Positions 35,251-39,289 of a stretch of DNA of 39,289 nt are shown here, one piece after another. Position 1 is the stretch's first letter. Each line of letters starts with the position of its first letter. The position numbers were made by a program, and so were the translations under genes. The stretch is from Acidimicrobiia bacterium (GTDB lineage Bacteria; Actinomycetota; Acidimicrobiia; Acidimicrobiales; SZUA-35). The notes beneath the pieces were generated by a model that was not told where the DNA came from, did no database searches, and worked only from the letters and a program-made list of their open reading frames with translations. Location: the NCBI GenBank assembly GCA_029861725.1, contig JAOTYQ010000002.1, positions 1 through 39,289 on the forward strand, in the 5' to 3' direction.

Positions 35251-37638
35251 TCAGCTGAACAGGCCGTCGGCGATGCCTTCGGCGACCTCTTCGGGACCGA
35301 GCTCGGCGACCTCGCACCAGACGTCGAAGTTGGCCTCGCCGAGGTAGGACGGCGCCCGGAGATACGGGTCGAGCCGGGATCGGCTCCAGAGGGCCGGGAA
35401 CCGGTCGTGGGGCCGGGAGCCGAACTGGTCGTGCTCAGCGGTCAGCCAGAACCGCCGGGCTGCGTGCTGCTCGTCGCGCTCGAGCAGGTCCTCGGCGTTC
35501 TGCACCGCTCCGGCCGCGACACCGAGGCGCTGGAGCTCCACCATGGCCTCGGCTGCTGAGCGGTCGGTGCACCATCGCCCCACGGCGGCGTCGATGGTGG
35601 CCCGAGCGGCCCGGCGATCTCCGACGGTCGGTGTGGCCGACGGATCGAGCCCGACGATGGCCGCCAACCGGCACCACATCGCGTCGTCGTTGGCCGTGAC
35701 CGCAACGAACCCGCCGCCCGCACAGGGGTAGACCTCGTTCGGCACCATGTCGACCAGCGGGTCGGCGTTGCCGACGGGCTGAGGATCGGCGCCGTTCACG
35801 AAGTGATCGATCAGGGCCGGACCGACCAGGTAGGTCCCGACCTCGAGCTGGGCCATGTCGATGTGCTGTCCGACCCCGATCCGATTGCGGGCCTCGAGGG
35901 CGGCGAGGACGGCGAACGCAGCCGCGAAGCCGGCGGCGTGATCGTTCAGCGAGAAGCCGCAGCCCACGTCACCGCGCCCGGGCGGGTTCGTCAGGTGGGT
36001 CAGACCACACAAGGCGTGGATCGTCGGGGCGTAGCTGATCACGTCGGCCCACGGACCGTCGTGACCGCAGCCGGACATCGAGACGTACACCAGGCGGTCA
36101 TTCCAGGTCCGCACCGCGTCCCAGCCGAGACCGAGTCGGTCGAGCACTCCCGCGCTGTAGTTCTCGACCAGCACGTCGGCGCCCTCGATCAGGCGGCGGA
36201 TCATCGGAAGTGCATCGGGGTGCTTGAGGTCGAGTGTCACCGACCGCTTCGAACGGTTCCAGACCGGGTAGTAGGGGAAGTCGGGGCGGTTGACCAGCGT
36301 CGCCCGCTCCTCGGTCTGGAGCTTCACCACGTCGGCCCCGAGATCGCCGAGGAGGCGGGTGGCGAACGGCCCGGCCAGGACCCAGCTCAGGTCGAGCACC
36401 CGAACGCCGTCGAGCGGCGGAGCCGCCGGGTCAGCCGCCGCTGCCTCCGCTGTGTTCGCCGCCGGCTCCATCGCCGGGGGATCGGCCTCGGCCCATCGCT
36501 CGACCACCCGCTCCGGTTTCTGTGGTTCGGCCGGTGGGCCGGGTGGCGTGCCGACCGGGGTGTGGGAGTAGCGGACAAGCCGCCAGGGGGCCCGCACGCC
36601 GTCACCGTCGGAGTCCGTCCCCGAGTCGGTGAACAGCCCTCGATGCTCGAACTGGGGGTTGGCGGCCACCGTGGCGATGCTCTGGACCTCGCCGAACGCA
36701 ATGTGCTTTCGCTGTGCTTGCCACCACAGCTCAGCGGCGTCGATCGTTGCGGTGAACAGCTTCGTCGCCGCCATCAGCTCGGGCAGGTGCTCCAGGATCT
36801 CCTCGACCGGCAGACCGACGAACGGCTCGGCCTCCTCGATGCCCGCCGCCACCATCCAGTCGATGAGCTGCTCGGACTGCGGGGTTGGGGTGATCATGAT
36901 GTTCCCGGTCTTGGCCGGAACGACCTCGTACGCGCCGAGCCAGTGCAGCGAGCCTTGACGGGGGGCGATCTTCGGTAGCGGGAGCAGGTCATCGTAGAAG
37001 TACTGCATGAAGAGGTTCTCGATCGAGCCGGTGACGACTTCGTGGACCGACAGATCGACCAACTGGCCCTGCCCGGTCTGCCGGGCGGCGCGAACGCCGG
37101 CCAGGGCGGTTATCGCGGCGGCGAACGAAGCGAAGTTGTAGTTCTGCCAACCCCACGAGTTGAGTGGACCGGCTGGGGTGCCGGTGATCGAGAGCACCCC
37201 GCCCAGCGCCCCGGCCACCAGGTCGGACGTCTGCCAATCGGCCCGGGGACCGGTCCGACCGAACGGCGTGATCGACACCTGGGTGAGACCGGCGTTGCCG
37301 CTCACCAGGTCGTCGTGGTCGATGCCTCGCTCGGCGAGGTAGCCGACGGGCATCGCCTCGACCACGAGGTCGGCGGCCCCGGTCAGCTCCCGGTAGCGGC
37401 GGAGGCCCGCCTCGGTGTCGAGATCGAGGTCGATCGGGACCTTGGCCGCGTCGAACCACCAGTCGAGCAGCGAGCCGCGAGCACCTACGGGGCCGGCCAG
37501 GGATGCGCCCCGGCTTCCCGCTCCGGAGGGACGGCACACCTCGGCCCCGTGCTCGGCCAGCAGCTTCGTGGCGAAGCGGCCGAGGTCGCCGGTCAGATCC
37601 ACGACCCGAAGGCCGGCCAACGGTCCCTGTCCGGTCAT
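35251..37638 (-). CDS. Tandem double-domain family III CoA-transferase (paralog of 32787-35213; 795 aa)
   Basis: The start is ATG 37638 (MTGQGPLAGLRVVDLTGDLGRFATKLLAEHGAEV). The second module begins at PPLDGVRVLDLSWVLAGPFATRLLGDLGADVVKLQ. The upstream 159 codons of the track ORF are unlikely to be coding. Confidence 0.85.
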   Translation of the reverse strand: MTGQGPLAGLRVVDLTGDLGRFATKLLAEHGAEVCRPSGAGSRGASLAGPVGARGSLLDWWFDAAKVPIDLDLDTEAGLRRYRELTGAADLVVEAMPVGYLAERGIDHDDLVSGNAGLTQVSITPFGRTGPRADWQTSDLVAGALGGVLSITGTPAGPLNSWGWQNYNFASFAAAITALAGVRAARQTGQGQLVDLSVHEVVTGSIENLFMQYFYDDLLPLPKIAPRQGSLHWLGAYEVVPAKTGNIMITPTPQSEQLIDWMVAAGIEEAEPFVGLPVEEILEHLPELMAATKLFTATIDAAELWWQAQRKHIAFGEVQSIATVAANPQFEHRGLFTDSGTDSDGDGVRAPWRLVRYSHTPVGTPPGPPAEPQKPERVVERWAEADPPAMEPAANTAEAAAADPAAPPLDGVRVLDLSWVLAGPFATRLLGDLGADVVKLQTEERATLVNRPDFPYYPVWNRSKRSVTLDLKHPDALPMIRRLIEGADVLVENYSAGVLDRLGLGWDAVRTWNDRLVYVSMSGCGHDGPWADVISYAPTIHALCGLTHLTNPPGRGDVGCGFSLNDHAAGFAAAFAVLAALEARNRIGVGQHIDMAQLEVGTYLVGPALIDHFVNGADPQPVGNADPLVDMVPNEVYPCAGGGFVAVTANDDAMWCRLAAIVGLDPSATPTVGDRRAARATIDAAVGRWCTDRSAAEAMVELQRLGVAAGAVQNAEDLLERDEQHAARRFWLTAEHDQFGSRPHDRFPALWSRSRLDPYLRAPSYLGEANFDVWCEVAELGPEEVAEGIADGLFS

Positions 37639-37788
37639 GGCTGACAACCTACGAGATGGCCGCTTCCCGACGCCACCGGCGATCCGGCCTGCGATCGTCA
37701 CCCGGCCGCCGCTCCCGCCCAGGCTGTTACGACCGTCGGCGCTCCCACTACCATACGGGCGACCCCACCCCCGGAGAACAGGACGAAC

Positions 37789-38898
37789 GTGGCCGACGAG
37801 GAGCGGAGCACCACCGAGCGGAACCTGCCGCTGTCGGTTCTGGATCTCGCGATGGTGGCCGAGGGCTCGACGAGCGGGGATGCCCTGCGCGACACGACAC
37901 TGCTGGCTCGGCGCGCCGAAGAGCTCGGCTACATCCGGATGTGGGTGGCCGAGCACCACAACATGGCCACCGTTGCCAGCACGGTGCCCGCCGTGTTGAT
38001 GGCCCACCTGGCGGCCAACACCTCGACGATCAAGATCGGGTCCGGCGGTGTGATGCTGCCGAACCACGCCCCGCTGGCGATCGCCGAGCAGTTCGCGATG
38101 CTGGAAGCGTTGCATCCGGGGCGGATCGACCTCGGTGTCGGCCGGGCCCCGGGCACCGACGGCGCCACCGCCGCCGCGCTCCGGCGGACCGCCGACAACC
38201 GGGACGACGAGGACTTCCCCCGAAACTTGCTCGACGTCATGGGCATGCTAGGAGACCCCCGCAGCGACCGAGGCTTGTGGCAGCACTTCCGAGCCACCCC
38301 CACCGCGTCGACCAGCCCGTCGGTCATCCTGCTCGGGTCGAGCGGGTTCAGCGCTCAACTCGCCGGCATCCTCGGGCTGCCGTTCGCGTTCGCCCATCAC
38401 TTCGACATGGGCGGGACCGTCCAAGCGGTCGAGATCTACCGCGACAGCTTCGACCCTTCCCCGATCCTCGACGAGCCGTACACGATGGTGACCGCCTCGG
38501 CGATCGCAGCCGACACCGAGGACGCGGCCCGATGGCTGTCCGGTCCGGCTCGGCTTCGGCGCTACGGCATGCGGACCGGGCGGATCCTGCCCCTGCTCCC
38601 ACCGGCCGAGGCCGCCGCCCACCCCGACTTCGCTCAGGCCGCGGCGACGGCGACCAGCTCGCTCCTCGGCACCGCCGACCAGGTTGCGGACGGGCTGAGC
38701 GAGCTGGCAACCAAGACCGGTGCCTCCGAGCTGATGCTGCACACGGCGACCTACGGGCTCGCCGAGCGCCTCCGGAGCCTGGAACTGATCGCCGAGGTGT
38801 GGCCACCGGCCGGGACCGCCGACGCCGACGCCGACGATGGGAACCCGGACGAGGCGGCTGCCAACCCAGCCGGTCGACGACAGGAGGTCGCGGGATGA
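37789..38898 (+). CDS. LLM-class flavin-dependent oxidoreductase (luciferase family group 1, YhbW/MsnO8-like)
   Basis: The GTG start has GGAGAA upstream. LSVLDLAMV...GYIRMWVAEHHNMATVASTVPAVLMAHLAANT...PGRIDLGVGRAPGTD is present, followed by an acidic C-terminal tail. Confidence 0.85.
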   Translation: MADEERSTTERNLPLSVLDLAMVAEGSTSGDALRDTTLLARRAEELGYIRMWVAEHHNMATVASTVPAVLMAHLAANTSTIKIGSGGVMLPNHAPLAIAEQFAMLEALHPGRIDLGVGRAPGTDGATAAALRRTADNRDDEDFPRNLLDVMGMLGDPRSDRGLWQHFRATPTASTSPSVILLGSSGFSAQLAGILGLPFAFAHHFDMGGTVQAVEIYRDSFDPSPILDEPYTMVTASAIAADTEDAARWLSGPARLRRYGMRTGRILPLLPPAEAAAHPDFAQAAATATSSLLGTADQVADGLSELATKTGASELMLHTATYGLAERLRSLELIAEVWPPAGTADADADDGNPDEAAANPAGRRQEVAG

Positions 38899-39289
38899 GG
38901 GCCTGGCAGCTCAACCGGCTTGGTGACCCCTGGAACGAGCTCCAGCTGGTCGAGCTCGACCCACCGGAGCCGTCTGGCGGACTGGCCCGGATCGAGGTCG
39001 AGGGCGCCGACGTGAACTTCGCCGACATCCTCCAGTGCCAGGGCCAGTACCAGGTCAAGCTCGACGTCCCGTTCGTGCCCGGCATGGGGGCCGCCGGTCG
39101 GGTGGTGGCGGTCGGACCCGACTGCAGCCTCGAGGTCGGGCAGCGGGTCGTCGGCTCGACCAATGGGCCGAGCGGCGGCTACGCCGAGGAAGCCCTCGTG
39201 TCGGACGCCGACGTGCACGTGCTGCCCGACACCGTCGACGGCCTCGTGGCCGCCGGCCTCCACGTCACCTACGGAACCGCCTGGTTCTC
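38895..39289 (+). CDS. Zinc-type/MDR quinone oxidoreductase family protein (3' end outside the window)
   Basis: The start overlaps the upstream stop as ATGA. MRAWQLNRLGDPWNELQLVELDPPEP...VEGADVNFADILQCQGQYQVKLDVPFVPGMGAAGRVVAVG is typical of NADPH:quinone reductase-like MDRs. The frame stays open to the window end. Confidence 0.8.
   Translation, partial: MRAWQLNRLGDPWNELQLVELDPPEPSGGLARIEVEGADVNFADILQCQGQYQVKLDVPFVPGMGAAGRVVAVGPDCSLEVGQRVVGSTNGPSGGYAEEALVSDADVHVLPDTVDGLVAAGLHVTYGTAWF

Overview
This is a very GC-rich, actinobacterial-type chromosomal window in which third codon positions are almost always G/C. I call about 35 protein-coding genes, nearly all cytoplasmic catabolic or redox enzymes. 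I found no rRNA, tRNA, CRISPR array, transposase, integrase, phage gene, toxin-antitoxin pair or recognisable defence gene, and no DNA-binding regulator. The content falls into modules. (1) 1-4064: MaoC hydratase (partial), a stand-alone molybdopterin oxidoreductase and an OFA-like MFS transporter. (2) 9027-15247: an acyl-CoA synthetase divergent from an operon of a cyclic amidohydrolase (hydantoinase type), two acyl-CoA dehydrogenases and an SDR. (3) 16395-18134 (minus): a SnoaL-like protein, a carboxymuconolactone-decarboxylase-family protein and a frameshifted thioesterase. (4) 19208-21564: a sulfotransferase divergent from lgt. (5) 21592-29057: biotin carboxylase alpha and MCC/GCC-type carboxyltransferase beta subunits divergent from an AtuA-family gene, followed by a CaiB-type CoA-transferase and a PPOX-class enzyme. 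(6) 29071-32558 (minus): a five-gene operon of dienelactone hydrolase, LLM oxidoreductase, RidA, VOC-bicupin and DUF971. (7) 32787-37638: two convergent, paralogous roughly 800-aa proteins, each a tandem fusion of two family III CoA-transferase modules. (8) 37789-39289: an LLM oxidoreductase and a quinone oxidoreductase (partial). The most unusual signals are as follows. In both double CoA-transferases the N-terminal half has lost the catalytic Asp while the C-terminal half keeps it. A 20-codon upstream mini-ORF is a decayed duplicate of the first 20 codons of the SDR gene it abuts. There are three further gene relics or lesions: a frameshifted thioesterase, an SRPBCC 3' stub and a possible methyltransferase 5' stub. 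A DUF971 gene overlaps the VOC-bicupin gene by 8 nt. I see no evidence for a defence or mobile system; any novelty here is metabolic or architectural. All family calls rest on motif recognition by eye and need profile searches to confirm.
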